A stretch of 64,000 nt of DNA from Gemmatales bacterium (lineage in GTDB: Bacteria > Planctomycetota > Planctomycetia > Gemmatales > HRBIN36): assembly GCA_041640595.1 (NCBI GenBank), contig JBEPZY010000001.1:192001-256000 (forward strand). The letters are read 5' to 3'. Position numbers and translations under genes: made by a program. The notes beneath the pieces were generated by a model. That model saw only the letters and a program-made list of their open reading frames with translations, was not told the origin of the DNA and made no database searches. This document shows positions 1-9,958 of the stretch, one piece after another; position 1 is the first letter of the stretch; each line of letters opens with the position of its first letter.

Positions 1-2988
1 GGACGGGTGGAGTTAAGCGGTCTGGCCCGTGTCACGCTGGAAGATGTCGCTTTGCATCCCCGCTCCAGTGGCGATCCGGCAGGGGGTCTGCAGATCCCGC
101 GCATGGTGGTGTATCTGGATCGGCTGCAATTGGCGCGGGGCCGAATCGTTCCGACACAAATCCTCCTGCAACAACCGGTACTGCAATTGCGGCGGGAATC
201 ATCCGGACAGTGGCATTATCAGCATTTACTGCCCCGCCTGGGTGGAGACCAGTCTGGGCTGGAACAATTGCGCTGGGAGCAGGCGACGCTGGAAATTACC
301 GACGAGCAGTTGCACGAGCGTCTGCGTTACGAAATCGAGCAGGGACAACTGACACTCCAGCCGGATGACAGCTGGCAGTACCAGTTGCAGGGGACACTCA
401 GCTGGGGAGGTCGGCTGACGGTGCGAGGGAACTGGAAACCGCCAGCGGCTGGTTCTGCGGCAGACTCGTTCGGCCAGCTGACCGCTTCCTGGCAACTGGA
501 TGACGTGCCCATCACACCGGAATGGCAGGCACGCCTGATTCGTCTGACCGGGGTCAAGGAGATCGAGTCCTGGCAAATCAGCGGCTGGCTGGGCGCCAGT
601 GGTGAATTCGCCTATCGGGGCGACCAGAAAAGGCACGAGCAGCCGCTGCGATTGTTTTTGCGTGGGGTAACCCTGGCGCATCCGCGGTTGCCCGAACCGA
701 TCTACGCGTTGCGTGGCCAGTTGCAGTTGACTGGCCGGCAGGTGCGGATCGAGGAAGTGTCGGGGCAATGGCTGGGGGCGCAATTGCAGGTGCACGGACA
801 ATGGGACGGCTGGGACTTGCAGGCGGATGGTTTGGTGCAGGCACGACTCGAACCGCTCACTGTCAGCCCGGCCCTGTACGACAAACTGCCCCCGGCCCTG
901 CGGAAGATTTGTTACGTCTTTTCTCCCGATGGGCGTCTCCATTTGCAGGTGGAGTATGGTCGTGAGTCCGGGCAAACGCAGGTGCACATCCTGGCCAGGC
1001 TGCAAGGGATGAACCTGTCCTTCGACGATTTCCCTTACCCGGTTCGGCAGGCGATAGGTGAACTGGAGTATCGGGAATCCGCCGGCCAGACGCCACGATT
1101 GCGTGTGGATATAACGGGGCAGGCCAACAGCCGACCGGTTCAATTGCGAGGGGAGGCCTACGGTGATGGATTGCGGCCGGAAGTTCCGTGGCGGTGTGGC
1201 TTGCGGCTGGACCTGGATGCCGAAGCGATCCCAATAGACGAAACATTGCTCAAAGCGTTGCCGCCAAGAGTCCAGCCGGTAGCCCGCGACTTTCGTCCCG
1301 GCGGTCTGGTAAGCGTTCACGCCGAGATTCGCCGCGATCCGGGCATGGCTGAACATCCTTTCCCGCCCACGTTTACCCGGATTCAGGCGCAAATTCAGCA
1401 GGGCCAGGTCTGCTACAAGAGGTTGCCGTATCCGCTGGAGCAGGTGCAGGGGATGTTGGAAATAGACCTGCCTGCCGAGCGCTGGCGGGCCAGCGGTTTT
1501 GTCGGACGCCACAAAGACGGTCTGGTGTTTGTGACGGCCCAGGGCGAACCTTCGCCGCGCGGCGAAAAGGTTTCCCTGGTCGTGCAGGGACAGCACGTGG
1601 CTCTCGATGAGGAATTACGCGACGCCCTGCCGGAGAAAATGCAACGAGTCTGGAACGAACTCCAGCCAAAAGGTCGTGCCGATTTCCTTGCTCAACTGAA
1701 CTGGGTGGGTGAACAACCGCCGGAGCTGGACCTGACCGTGACCGCTCGCGGTCAGTGCAGCATTCAGCCGCGTTTCTTCCCCTATCGGCTGGAGCAGTTG
1801 CATGGGTCGGCCCGTTATAAAGAAGGGCAGATTACCATAGGCCCGATCACGGCTCGCCACGGTGAAAGCCGGATTTTCCTCGGCCGCGAGCAGATCGGTG
1901 GCGTGCTGCATCTTTGGCCGCAGGGCAGCTGGCGACTGGAACTGTATGAGCTGCGGGGCGACCTGCTCTATGTGGATAAAGATTTGCTCGCGGCTTTACC
2001 GGACGGGCTGCGGACAGTTCTGCAAAGCCTGCAACCGGATCGCCCGTTGCGGCTGGTGGTGAACCTGGAAGTGGAAAACCCACGCGGCGAAGCTGTGCAA
2101 AGCATACGCTGGAACGGCCACGCCAGTTTTGCCCGCTGCACCTGGCAGTGCGGCATCGCTCTGCGCGAGGCTACCGGTTATGTTTCCTTGCAGGGCAGCT
2201 GGCAACCGAATGCTCTGGAAGCGAAAGGGCAGGTGCAATTGCAGGAAGTCTGGGTCGGTCGCTTGCCGTTACGCGAGGTCGTGTCGGAAATGCAGATCCG
2301 AGAGGGGACGGTTTATTTTCCAGGTGTGCGAGCCAAACTCCTGGACGGACAGCTATTCGGTCCCATTCGCTACGACTATCACCCGCGCCGCGAATTCCGC
2401 CTCGACCTGACCGTGAATCAGGTGAATTTGCAGGCACTCGGGCAGCAATTGCTCGGCCAGCCCACAAAAGCACGGGGGAAGGTTTATGCCCGACTCATCC
2501 TCAGCGGTCAGCCGGGCGACTGGCCGACGTTTCGCGGCAAAGGAACGCTCAGCGTCACCGACGGGCACATCTACGACCTGCCTCCGTTTCTCAATCTGCT
2601 GACCCTGTTGAGCGGTCAACTGCCCCGCCAGGCTGCTTTCCAGGAGGTGCAGGCTCGATTTGACATCGAGGGTCGGCGGGTAATTTTCCGTCGCGTGGAA
2701 TTGCTCGGCGATGCCCTGACCCTGCGAGGCCAGGGCTCCATGCGCATAGACGGCACGGACCTCGATTTGGAAATGTACGCCCTGTTATGGGGACGCAGTC
2801 TGCCTCTGCTGCCGCCGGGAATTGACCGCATTCCTCCACTGATTAGCCGACAACTGGCGAAAATCCACATGCGCGGCAGTCTGCAAGAAGTAAGCGTTAC
2901 CCGGGAGCCGGTGCCCCTGGTGACCGATGCACTGCGGTTGCTGTGGCAACTCGGCCCCGGGAGACTGGAAGACAATCACGAACCGTAA
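1..2988 (+). CDS. Large AsmA-like / TamB-like beta-rich envelope protein, probably 5'-truncated by the window edge
   Basis: 993-aa ORF whose frame is open from base 1. Repetitive beta-strand pattern. C-terminus (AFQEVQARFDIEGRRVIFRRVELLGDALTLRGQGSM...DL) resembles the AsmA-like C-terminal region. Confidence 0.6.
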   Translation, partial: GRVELSGLARVTLEDVALHPRSSGDPAGGLQIPRMVVYLDRLQLARGRIVPTQILLQQPVLQLRRESSGQWHYQHLLPRLGGDQSGLEQLRWEQATLEITDEQLHERLRYEIEQGQLTLQPDDSWQYQLQGTLSWGGRLTVRGNWKPPAAGSAADSFGQLTASWQLDDVPITPEWQARLIRLTGVKEIESWQISGWLGASGEFAYRGDQKRHEQPLRLFLRGVTLAHPRLPEPIYALRGQLQLTGRQVRIEEVSGQWLGAQLQVHGQWDGWDLQADGLVQARLEPLTVSPALYDKLPPALRKICYVFSPDGRLHLQVEYGRESGQTQVHILARLQGMNLSFDDFPYPVRQAIGELEYRESAGQTPRLRVDITGQANSRPVQLRGEAYGDGLRPEVPWRCGLRLDLDAEAIPIDETLLKALPPRVQPVARDFRPGGLVSVHAEIRRDPGMAEHPFPPTFTRIQAQIQQGQVCYKRLPYPLEQVQGMLEIDLPAERWRASGFVGRHKDGLVFVTAQGEPSPRGEKVSLVVQGQHVALDEELRDALPEKMQRVWNELQPKGRADFLAQLNWVGEQPPELDLTVTARGQCSIQPRFFPYRLEQLHGSARYKEGQITIGPITARHGESRIFLGREQIGGVLHLWPQGSWRLELYELRGDLLYVDKDLLAALPDGLRTVLQSLQPDRPLRLVVNLEVENPRGEAVQSIRWNGHASFARCTWQCGIALREATGYVSLQGSWQPNALEAKGQVQLQEVWVGRLPLREVVSEMQIREGTVYFPGVRAKLLDGQLFGPIRYDYHPRREFRLDLTVNQVNLQALGQQLLGQPTKARGKVYARLILSGQPGDWPTFRGKGTLSVTDGHIYDLPPFLNLLTLLSGQLPRQAAFQEVQARFDIEGRRVIFRRVELLGDALTLRGQGSMRIDGTDLDLEMYALLWGRSLPLLPPGIDRIPPLISRQLAKIHMRGSLQEVSVTREPVPLVTDALRLLWQLGPGRLEDNHEP

Positions 2989-3016
2989 AGCGTTTGCGTC
3001 CGGTTCGGTCGGGCGT

Positions 3017-3448
3017 TCACGTCGCGGATTCGACTGCGAGAATTTCGATGTCCAGTTCGAGCGTTTGGCCGGCCAGGGGATGGTTAGCGTCGAGTATGGC
3101 CGTATCGTCGGCGATCTCTTTGACCCAGAAGCGCACCCGCTGGTTGCCGATCTGGGCGCTGAGCCGGTCGCCTACCTGCACGCCTTCGGGCAGGTCTGCC
3201 AGCGGGACTTCCCGTTCCAGATGGGGATCGCGGTGACCGTAGGCCTTTTCCGGGGGAATGGTGATGGTTTTCCGCTGGCCCGGTTCCATGCCGATGACCG
3301 CTTCCGATAATCCTTCGATGACTTCGTCGCCGCCGGCGGTAAATTCGAGAGGCTCACCGCCCAGCGAGGTGCTGAAGACCGTCCCGTTCTCCAGCCGACC
3401 GGTGTAATGAATCCGCACCACATCCCCGGCATGAATTTTGTCCGCCAT
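3017..3448 (-). CDS. slyD: FKBP-type peptidyl-prolyl cis-trans isomerase, SlyD-like, without His-rich tail
   Basis: GDVVRIHYTGRLENGTVF, PEKAYG and LDANHPLAGQTL motifs. AGGAG RBS precedes ATG at 3448. Confidence 0.85.
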   Translation of the reverse strand: MADKIHAGDVVRIHYTGRLENGTVFSTSLGGEPLEFTAGGDEVIEGLSEAVIGMEPGQRKTITIPPEKAYGHRDPHLEREVPLADLPEGVQVGDRLSAQIGNQRVRFWVKEIADDTAILDANHPLAGQTLELDIEILAVESAT

Positions 3449-3830
3449 GGGATTTCTCCTCGTCCTACACGCACCGGCTGACGGTCTGACGAAAGGGGGA
3501 ACGGGAAACCCAGCCGGCACCAGCTCACCGTTCCAGCCTCGAGCCGGCCAGCGCCGCCAACACAGCAGGTGGCGAACTCACGGTCGGGGGCTTTTTCTAA
3601 CCCGCATCATCCTGATGCCTGCTTGCACGGTGCAGATGGGGTTGGAATCGGCCTCGAGCAACCGCTTTCCTGATTCCTTCTGTGAAGCAGCGCGACGCTG
3701 ACTCTTGCTACTAGTTTACGTCTGCCCACGTGCCCCGGCAAGCCACAATTCCGGCAGCCGCAACATCGCAACCGATCCGGTCGGAATCATTCCCCTGGCC
3801 GCCCGCCAACAACATCCCCATCCGCAATCA

Positions 3831-3856
3831 AGAGCGGCTGGCGTGAGCAGTCGTGG
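3831..3856 (+). repeat. Solitary degenerate copy of the REP-like palindrome
   Basis: agagcggctggcgtgagcagtcgtgg versus consensus agagcggctggcgtaagccagccgtgg. Confidence 0.6.
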
Positions 3857-3915
3857 TACGCTTGGCCCTATTGCGGATTTGTTATCTCTACTCATCGGCT
3901 GGCGGTTGGCGGAGG

Positions 3916-6900
3916 CTACGCTTCGTGTAGCAAGTTCGGGAGCGTGTTTTGCTCGACGGCGCGATACAGCTTGTCAATTTCCTTCTGCAGCTCGATGGTG
4001 CGGGCGATAGCTGAGGCGATGTGAATATAGCGCACAGGATCGTCGAGGCGGCGACCTTTGCGGTCTTTGAGATATTTTTCCAGCACTTGGTAGCCGCCGA
4101 TGCGGTACTGCCACATGGGCTCGGTGATGCCCTCGAAGTATTTGTCGGCGTTGATGTACACCCGAGCTTTGGCGGCTACATACTGCACTTTCTCGATGAT
4201 GTCGCTTCCCTGACCCTGATACCTGACGCCGGCGGTGTTGCCGACTTTGCGCAACAGGTGCAGGTCGGTCAGTTGCCGGCCCAGGTCAGCCATGCGGCGA
4301 AAGAGAGCGCTGTCGGCAGTGAACGGCACCCGCGGAAAGTCTATCCGCAGCTCCTCAGCGTATTTCTGGCGATAGGTCGGGCTGTAGAAGACGGCGTAGA
4401 TATAGGCCAGCACGTCTTCCGGCGTGAGGGTGAAGCCGTAGGCGTCGCTGAGTTTGGGCAGGAGCCACTCGGCCAGGTTGGGGCGGCGTTCTTGATGGAA
4501 CGCATTCGGCGACTCGGCGGAGGGGTAGAGGTAGAGGGGGAAAAGAGATTCACTCCCTCGGTTATCTGAGCGGATAACGCCGTCTGAGATGATTTTGTCA
4601 GTCACGAAGAAGTAGGTGCATTCTTTGTCTGGCAACTGTTGTCTTCTAGTTACAAGCCCCAAATTCTCCCCGGCCAGCATGTGGCGCATGACTTCGGGGC
4701 GGGGACGTTCGATGACAGCTTCGTGGTAAAAGATGTAGCGCACGTCGAAAGGACGGTACAGGATGGGGTAAATTTTGCTCTGTGCATTGACGTCAGCCTT
4801 GACCTTTTTGCGAGCGGTGGCCAGCGACCAGCCGGGCTTGTCTTTCAGATCGTAAGCTTGCGCCAAGACTTCATCGGGCAAGCCCTGGATGTTCTCAAAT
4901 TGCAGGACCCGGTTTTCCACCTCGGTTTTATCAAAGGCAATCGCAAATCCGTCCCGCGCGGTGACGATGCCGACGCTGTTGACCGGGAAAATCTTGGTGA
5001 TTTGCGGCCATAAGAGATAGGCTTGCAGATTTTGTGTCAGGCGCGGGGTGAAGAAGTAGGAGGGCGATTCGGGCGTGATGGGCTGGTAGCCGGCGGTAGA
5101 GAGGTCGTGCGAATCGAGCCAGGCGTATTTGTCTTCGCGCTTGCCATAGAGATCGGCGTGATAAACCTGCGGCGACGAAAGATTTTTCGTCGCTGCCGAC
5201 TCGCCATACTTGACGAAGATTCCAATCGCCACGCCCTGGCGGATGTCGAAGACATTTTCGTCAGGGCTGCCATCGGGGGCGGTCTCGCGCTTCAGGCTGT
5301 TGCCGTGCAGGTCGAGGATGTAGATTTCGTCGAAGGTCTTGAGCAGGCTCTGCCGCATGCCGCGGAAGGTGGGGTTATCGAGGTAGCTGTGATTGGTGAT
5401 CATGGCGACGATGCCGCGCCCGGCCCGGTGAATCTTCCACTGAGCAAAGCGCAGGAACTTGACGTAGTCGTCCTGCAGCCATTTGGGGTTCTTCTCCCTG
5501 AGCGGCTGACCGTCCACGGTGTAGTAACTCTGCGTCCCGTCGAGGTCCCCTTTCAGCTCCTCTTCCCACAGGCCCTTATTGGCGGTGTGCCCCGAATAGG
5601 GCGGGTTGCCCAGGATGACCAGGATCGGCTCCTGTTTCTTGACGCGAGCTGCCAGATGGCTTTCCTGGGAAAGTGAGGACAGGCCGGGGATGGGGATTTG
5701 TTGCAGGTCTTTCATTTCCAGCGTGTTGGTGAGGTACAACTGAAAGCGCTCGCCGTTCCTGAGCGGTACGCCCAGGGTTTCCAGCAGAAAGCCGATTTTG
5801 ATATGGCCAATGGCATACGGAGCCATGAGCAACTCGAAGGCGTAAAAGTGCGGCAGAATGTGGCGACGGAGCAGGTTGTGTTTGCCACCCTCGCCGTACT
5901 TGCCGGTGAACTCCTCGAAAGCCAGACGGATAGCTTCCGCCGGGAAGGTCAACGTCCCGGCAGCCGGATCGAGCAGAGTAACGCGCTTATCGGCAAGGCC
6001 GTCGGGCAGATCGAAGCGCGTCTTGAGCAGGTCGTGCACAGCGCGAACGATGTAGCGCACCACCGGTAGCGGCGTGTAATACACGCCGCGACGTTCGCGG
6101 GTTTCCGGATCGTATTCAGCCAGGAAAGTTTCGTAGAAGTGCAGAACGGGATCGTCGCCCTTGCCCTGGCGATAGTATTGCAGGAGGATGGACGCCACAT
6201 CGGCCACGTGGAGCACCGCAGCGATGTCGTCCACGATCGTTTCCATCTGGGGCGAGAGTTTGCCGAGCGAAATGAAGTGAAAAACATCCCGCAGGATGCC
6301 GATCGTCGAAGGGATAAGGTTAAAGGCGAGCTTGCGGTTGAACGAACTGTCGGTGCGGGTGCGGGCGGCGAAAAGTCCATAGGTGATCGTCTGGGCATAC
6401 AGATCGGCAAACTGTTCCTGCGTCAAAGCGGCGATCAGGTATTTCTGGAAAGCATCGTAGAAACCGTACAGGTCACCGTGTTCGGCCTTGACCTGCTCCT
6501 GCAATTCGGGCAAAATCACCTGGTCGCGCAGGAAACGGGTTCGCCGGGCCAGCTCTCGAGCCAGAGATTCCGCCGTGAACGACGGTGGTAGCGCGAAGGA
6601 AAAGAAGTTTTCCAGTAGATCCATCAACTGGCGGCTCTGTTCCGGAGTGGGCCGGGACTTCTGCTTTTGTGCAGAACGGGGCAAGCGAGCGCTCTGTAAC
6701 AGCTTTCCGTCGCGGTAGAGGCGAAACTCGTAGAAATCGGTCAGGATCAGGTTGGGGAAGGTGTGGCGGTAGCGGCGGAGTTGGTCGGAACCTTCCACGG
6801 TGTCCAGTCTGGTGCCGGGCGGTTTGGCCTCGACATAGCCGATGACCTGATAAGAACCATCCCAGATGCGAAAATCGGGGCTGCCACCTTCGGTGCGTTT

Positions 6901-7056
6901 CGGAAGGACGGTAATCTGCACGGCTCTGCCCAGTCGCTGGCCCAGCTCCTGCAGAAAGTCCTGAAGGGCCGGGTAGTAGCTTTCCTCGGTGGCATCACCG
7001 CGCCGAAAAAGTTGTGCAATCGCATCCAGGTAGGATGACACTGGCTCGTTTTCCAT
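3916..7056 (-). CDS. Single-polypeptide restriction-modification enzyme (Type IIG-like: nuclease, N6-adenine MTase and ISP-type specificity domain, no helicase)
   Basis: N-terminal SPDF...YVEAK (PD-(D/E)xK), RGVYYTP, motif I LLDPAAGT, motif IV GNPPY, then YRPFD and C-terminal WQYRIGGYQVLEKYLKDRKGR. Confidence 0.85.
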   Translation of the reverse strand: MENEPVSSYLDAIAQLFRRGDATEESYYPALQDFLQELGQRLGRAVQITVLPKRTEGGSPDFRIWDGSYQVIGYVEAKPPGTRLDTVEGSDQLRRYRHTFPNLILTDFYEFRLYRDGKLLQSARLPRSAQKQKSRPTPEQSRQLMDLLENFFSFALPPSFTAESLARELARRTRFLRDQVILPELQEQVKAEHGDLYGFYDAFQKYLIAALTQEQFADLYAQTITYGLFAARTRTDSSFNRKLAFNLIPSTIGILRDVFHFISLGKLSPQMETIVDDIAAVLHVADVASILLQYYRQGKGDDPVLHFYETFLAEYDPETRERRGVYYTPLPVVRYIVRAVHDLLKTRFDLPDGLADKRVTLLDPAAGTLTFPAEAIRLAFEEFTGKYGEGGKHNLLRRHILPHFYAFELLMAPYAIGHIKIGFLLETLGVPLRNGERFQLYLTNTLEMKDLQQIPIPGLSSLSQESHLAARVKKQEPILVILGNPPYSGHTANKGLWEEELKGDLDGTQSYYTVDGQPLREKNPKWLQDDYVKFLRFAQWKIHRAGRGIVAMITNHSYLDNPTFRGMRQSLLKTFDEIYILDLHGNSLKRETAPDGSPDENVFDIRQGVAIGIFVKYGESAATKNLSSPQVYHADLYGKREDKYAWLDSHDLSTAGYQPITPESPSYFFTPRLTQNLQAYLLWPQITKIFPVNSVGIVTARDGFAIAFDKTEVENRVLQFENIQGLPDEVLAQAYDLKDKPGWSLATARKKVKADVNAQSKIYPILYRPFDVRYIFYHEAVIERPRPEVMRHMLAGENLGLVTRRQQLPDKECTYFFVTDKIISDGVIRSDNRGSESLFPLYLYPSAESPNAFHQERRPNLAEWLLPKLSDAYGFTLTPEDVLAYIYAVFYSPTYRQKYAEELRIDFPRVPFTADSALFRRMADLGRQLTDLHLLRKVGNTAGVRYQGQGSDIIEKVQYVAAKARVYINADKYFEGITEPMWQYRIGGYQVLEKYLKDRKGRRLDDPVRYIHIASAIARTIELQKEIDKLYRAVEQNTLPNLLHEA

Positions 7057-7135
7057 GCCTCATTCTTGCCCGATGGTGGTAAGCGACAAGCCGTAGCGTC
7101 AGGAGCCGGCTACGGATTCGGCGGGGGTGGCGGTT

Positions 7136-8458
7136 TTACGGGACGGGGCAGGCAATTTCGCCCCGCAGGAAACCGCTGTCGGCCGGAGCTTTGTAGCGAA
7201 TGTCCAGCTCCGGTGTGGCGATGCGTTGTCCTTTGCGGAAATGGCTCTCCATCAGAAAATCCAGGGCCCCGCTGGTCAACAGCGTCCGCTCCACTGGATA
7301 AGGTGGCTTGCGGCTGACCAGGAGTTTCTCGATGTTGTACACCAGGCCGTCGAAAAATTTGGAACCAGGCGGAGACGGAAGATAAAACATGCACGAAGCG
7401 GGTTTGCGCTGGCCGGTGATACGGGCGGCGAAGCAGAAATCGTTGATGTGGCCGTTGAGCAAAAGCACGGCGGCCCGGCGACCGTCGCGGTATTCGAGCA
7501 AGAAGCAGATGGGCGGAGTGCCTGGCCGACCCAGAACGGGTGTGCCGACGTTACGGCGAACGTCGCCGGGATTGAGCGTTTCGCTGCGACCCAGCGCGTG
7601 TTCGAGAAGCTCCCAACTCCACAAACCCTTATCCCCGGCCTGCCAGACCGCCTCACCGGTCAGGCAGGTCACCGCAGCAATGCCTGTCTCGCCCTCCTGT
7701 CGGCGCTCCATCATCACCTGCAGGGTCTCCAGGGCGTGGAAGCCGTACACCTCGATGGGGCCGTAGGCGGCTACCAGGGCTTCTTCGATGGGTGAATTCA
7801 GGGGCAGTTCCAGTTCCGGACGACGCCAGGTAACCGGCAGACTCGAACCCGCCAGCATCGGAATTTTCAATTCCCGCGACCAGTCGTACATCTGTTTCGC
7901 TTTCGTCCAGCTATAGGAGAGATGTTTGTCCACAAACACGGGCACCACCTGGCCGGTTTTGCGAAACACTTTGACAATTTGCTCCATCCATTCATAACGG
8001 GGATAGAGAATCTGCCCCTTTTCGTTGGTGGGATAATCGCCATGCTCGGCGATATGCAGCACGCCATCCACGACCAGTTTGCCCGTGCCCAGTGTCAACG
8101 CTTCGTCAATGCTGCGGCACAGACGGATGTTGTGTTCCTTCGCCAGTTCCCTGGCCAGATCGTTGGCGCGAAACTGATCCACGTACATGGTATGGACGTA
8201 ATGTTCCGGCACGTGGAATTTGCCCTGCAAGGGGTAGCCGAAAATAAAACGCCCCGCGATGTGGTACGAGTGCGACATAGGGCGATAGACGGTGGTCAGC
8301 ACAGCTAAAGGCTTGCGGTTGGCGGTATCCAGTCGCGGCGGGCGGGTGCGAAAGGGAATTTCCTGGCCTGCCAGTTGATGGAACGCACCAGCGCCGAGCA
8401 GGGCGGCGGTCTGACGCAAAAATTCCCGGCGACTCCAGAATCGGGGCCCCTGATGCAT
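7136..8458 (-). CDS. Conserved exported protein with Tat signal, possibly oxidoreductase-like
   Basis: SRREFL twin-arginine motif, EHGDYP, VFVDKHLS, AGSSLPVTWR and YGFHALE motifs. AGGAGG RBS. Confidence 0.65.
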   Translation of the reverse strand: MHQGPRFWSRREFLRQTAALLGAGAFHQLAGQEIPFRTRPPRLDTANRKPLAVLTTVYRPMSHSYHIAGRFIFGYPLQGKFHVPEHYVHTMYVDQFRANDLARELAKEHNIRLCRSIDEALTLGTGKLVVDGVLHIAEHGDYPTNEKGQILYPRYEWMEQIVKVFRKTGQVVPVFVDKHLSYSWTKAKQMYDWSRELKIPMLAGSSLPVTWRRPELELPLNSPIEEALVAAYGPIEVYGFHALETLQVMMERRQEGETGIAAVTCLTGEAVWQAGDKGLWSWELLEHALGRSETLNPGDVRRNVGTPVLGRPGTPPICFLLEYRDGRRAAVLLLNGHINDFCFAARITGQRKPASCMFYLPSPPGSKFFDGLVYNIEKLLVSRKPPYPVERTLLTSGALDFLMESHFRKGQRIATPELDIRYKAPADSGFLRGEIACPVP

Positions 8459-8637
8459 GGCTTTCCTCCTGAATAGGGCGGTATCTGGTCAGGCAGAAGA
8501 CACGGCGTTTTCTGCTGAATTCCGAAGTGCGCTGCACTTGCGCGCTTTCCTGGCCAGCCCGGTCGGTTCCAGCGAGCGCGTGCGGTATATTGCCGTTGCG
8601 GGACCGGAAAAGGCCAATCCGTCCGGCGAAAAGCGGT

Positions 8638-9426
8638 TTAGCCGAGGAGCTTTCGCAGAAACCGCAAGCCCTCCTCGATATCCCGCCGGGCAGTGAGTCC
8701 TGGCTGACGTTTGAGGGCGAGCCAACCGCGATAGTCGGCGTCTCGCAAAGCGTTGAGCAAACCGACCCAGTCCACGTGGCCGTGCCCCAAGGGCACTTCC
8801 TGAGCCGGGTGCGTCCGCGAACCTCGTCGCGCTTCCCGGGCCTGCACATAACGCAGATGCGGATAAAGTTGGCCGACGGCCTCTTCCGGTTCAAAACCGT
8901 GGGCAATGAGCGTGGCCGGGTCGAGCAACACTCCCAAACCTTCCGATTGCCAGCGGTCGAGGAATTGTCGCCAGACCGTCGGAGGCGTGCTGCCGGTTTC
9001 CAGAGCCAGCACCGAACCGACACGCTCGCCGTAGCGTCCCAGCGTTTCCAGGGCATCCTGGAGCCAGCGTCGGCCGGGGGCATCTTCCTGTTCCGGCAAG
9101 GTGCCCGGGTCGAGTAAAACGATCCGGCTGCCGACATCGTAAGCCAGCTGCAGGGCCTTGCGGCACAGGTCGAGCCGTGCTTCCAGCCCTTCCGGCTCAT
9201 CCAGACCGCGTGATAAGGGGATGCGGATGCCAGCCGCGCTCAGCCAGTTGGCCTCCAGAATGTGGCGAAGCTCTTTGCGAGCGGACTGGCTGAGCTGGTC
9301 GGGAGCCAGTTCGCCGGTCGCTTCCCATTCGGCTCCCTGCACACCCCAGTCACGCAGACGTTTCACCGCCGTCCGGAAAGGTTCGGCCAGCGACGTTATA
9401 GACACTGCCAGACGGAACTGGTTCAT
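8638..9426 (-). CDS. Sugar phosphate isomerase/epimerase (xylose isomerase-like TIM barrel)
   Basis: LALETG, LLDPA and EVPLGHGHVDW...L...YRGWL motifs. Confidence 0.75.
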   Translation of the reverse strand: MNQFRLAVSITSLAEPFRTAVKRLRDWGVQGAEWEATGELAPDQLSQSARKELRHILEANWLSAAGIRIPLSRGLDEPEGLEARLDLCRKALQLAYDVGSRIVLLDPGTLPEQEDAPGRRWLQDALETLGRYGERVGSVLALETGSTPPTVWRQFLDRWQSEGLGVLLDPATLIAHGFEPEEAVGQLYPHLRYVQAREARRGSRTHPAQEVPLGHGHVDWVGLLNALRDADYRGWLALKRQPGLTARRDIEEGLRFLRKLLG

Positions 9427-9958
9427 GGCTTCCTCGCAAGCCAAAAATGGCGCTGACCGGCTGGGCGAGCTGGCGGAAGACCTCGCTGCTCAGGCTCACC
9501 GTATCCCAGCGCGGACTGCGCAGCCGCATGTGTTGTATGTACGCCTCCGCATAGATGCCGCACACAGCGTAAGCCTCGCCCTGCCAGGTCCAGGCATCGT
9601 ACCAATCCTGCGCGGTTTGTTGCGCTGCCCGACCACGTAAATGATAGACGAACACCAGCACGCTTCTGGCACTCAGTAACTGCCCCCAGGCTAGCAAACT
9701 GGTCGGGTCCTGGCGAGTGCACCAGCGTTCCCAGACCCGCCTGGGATGAGTTTCGTTGCCGCCGGGATAACGCCGCCCTTTCACATCCACCACATAGGCA
9801 CGACCCCTGCGGTCGTAAACGAGTAAGTCGGGACTTTTGACCAGTTGGCGGTTCACCACTCGCCGCTGGCTTTCATCCACGGGCAGGTAAGGCAGCTGAT
9901 GAAACCGCAGCCAGGCGACAAAGGCCCGTTCGTAACGGTTACCGCCGTCCATGATCAC
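9350..9958 (-). CDS. HYExAFE-family-like protein (putative PD-(D/E)xK fold)
   Basis: N-terminal NRYERAFVAWLR...PYLPVDE, KSPDLLV...VDVKGRRYP and RSPRWDTV. Overlaps the downstream gene start. Confidence 0.65.
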   Translation of the reverse strand: MIMDGGNRYERAFVAWLRFHQLPYLPVDESQRRVVNRQLVKSPDLLVYDRRGRAYVVDVKGRRYPGGNETHPRRVWERWCTRQDPTSLLAWGQLLSARSVLVFVYHLRGRAAQQTAQDWYDAWTWQGEAYAVCGIYAEAYIQHMRLRSPRWDTVSLSSEVFRQLAQPVSAIFGLRGSHEPVPSGSVYNVAGRTFPDGGETSA

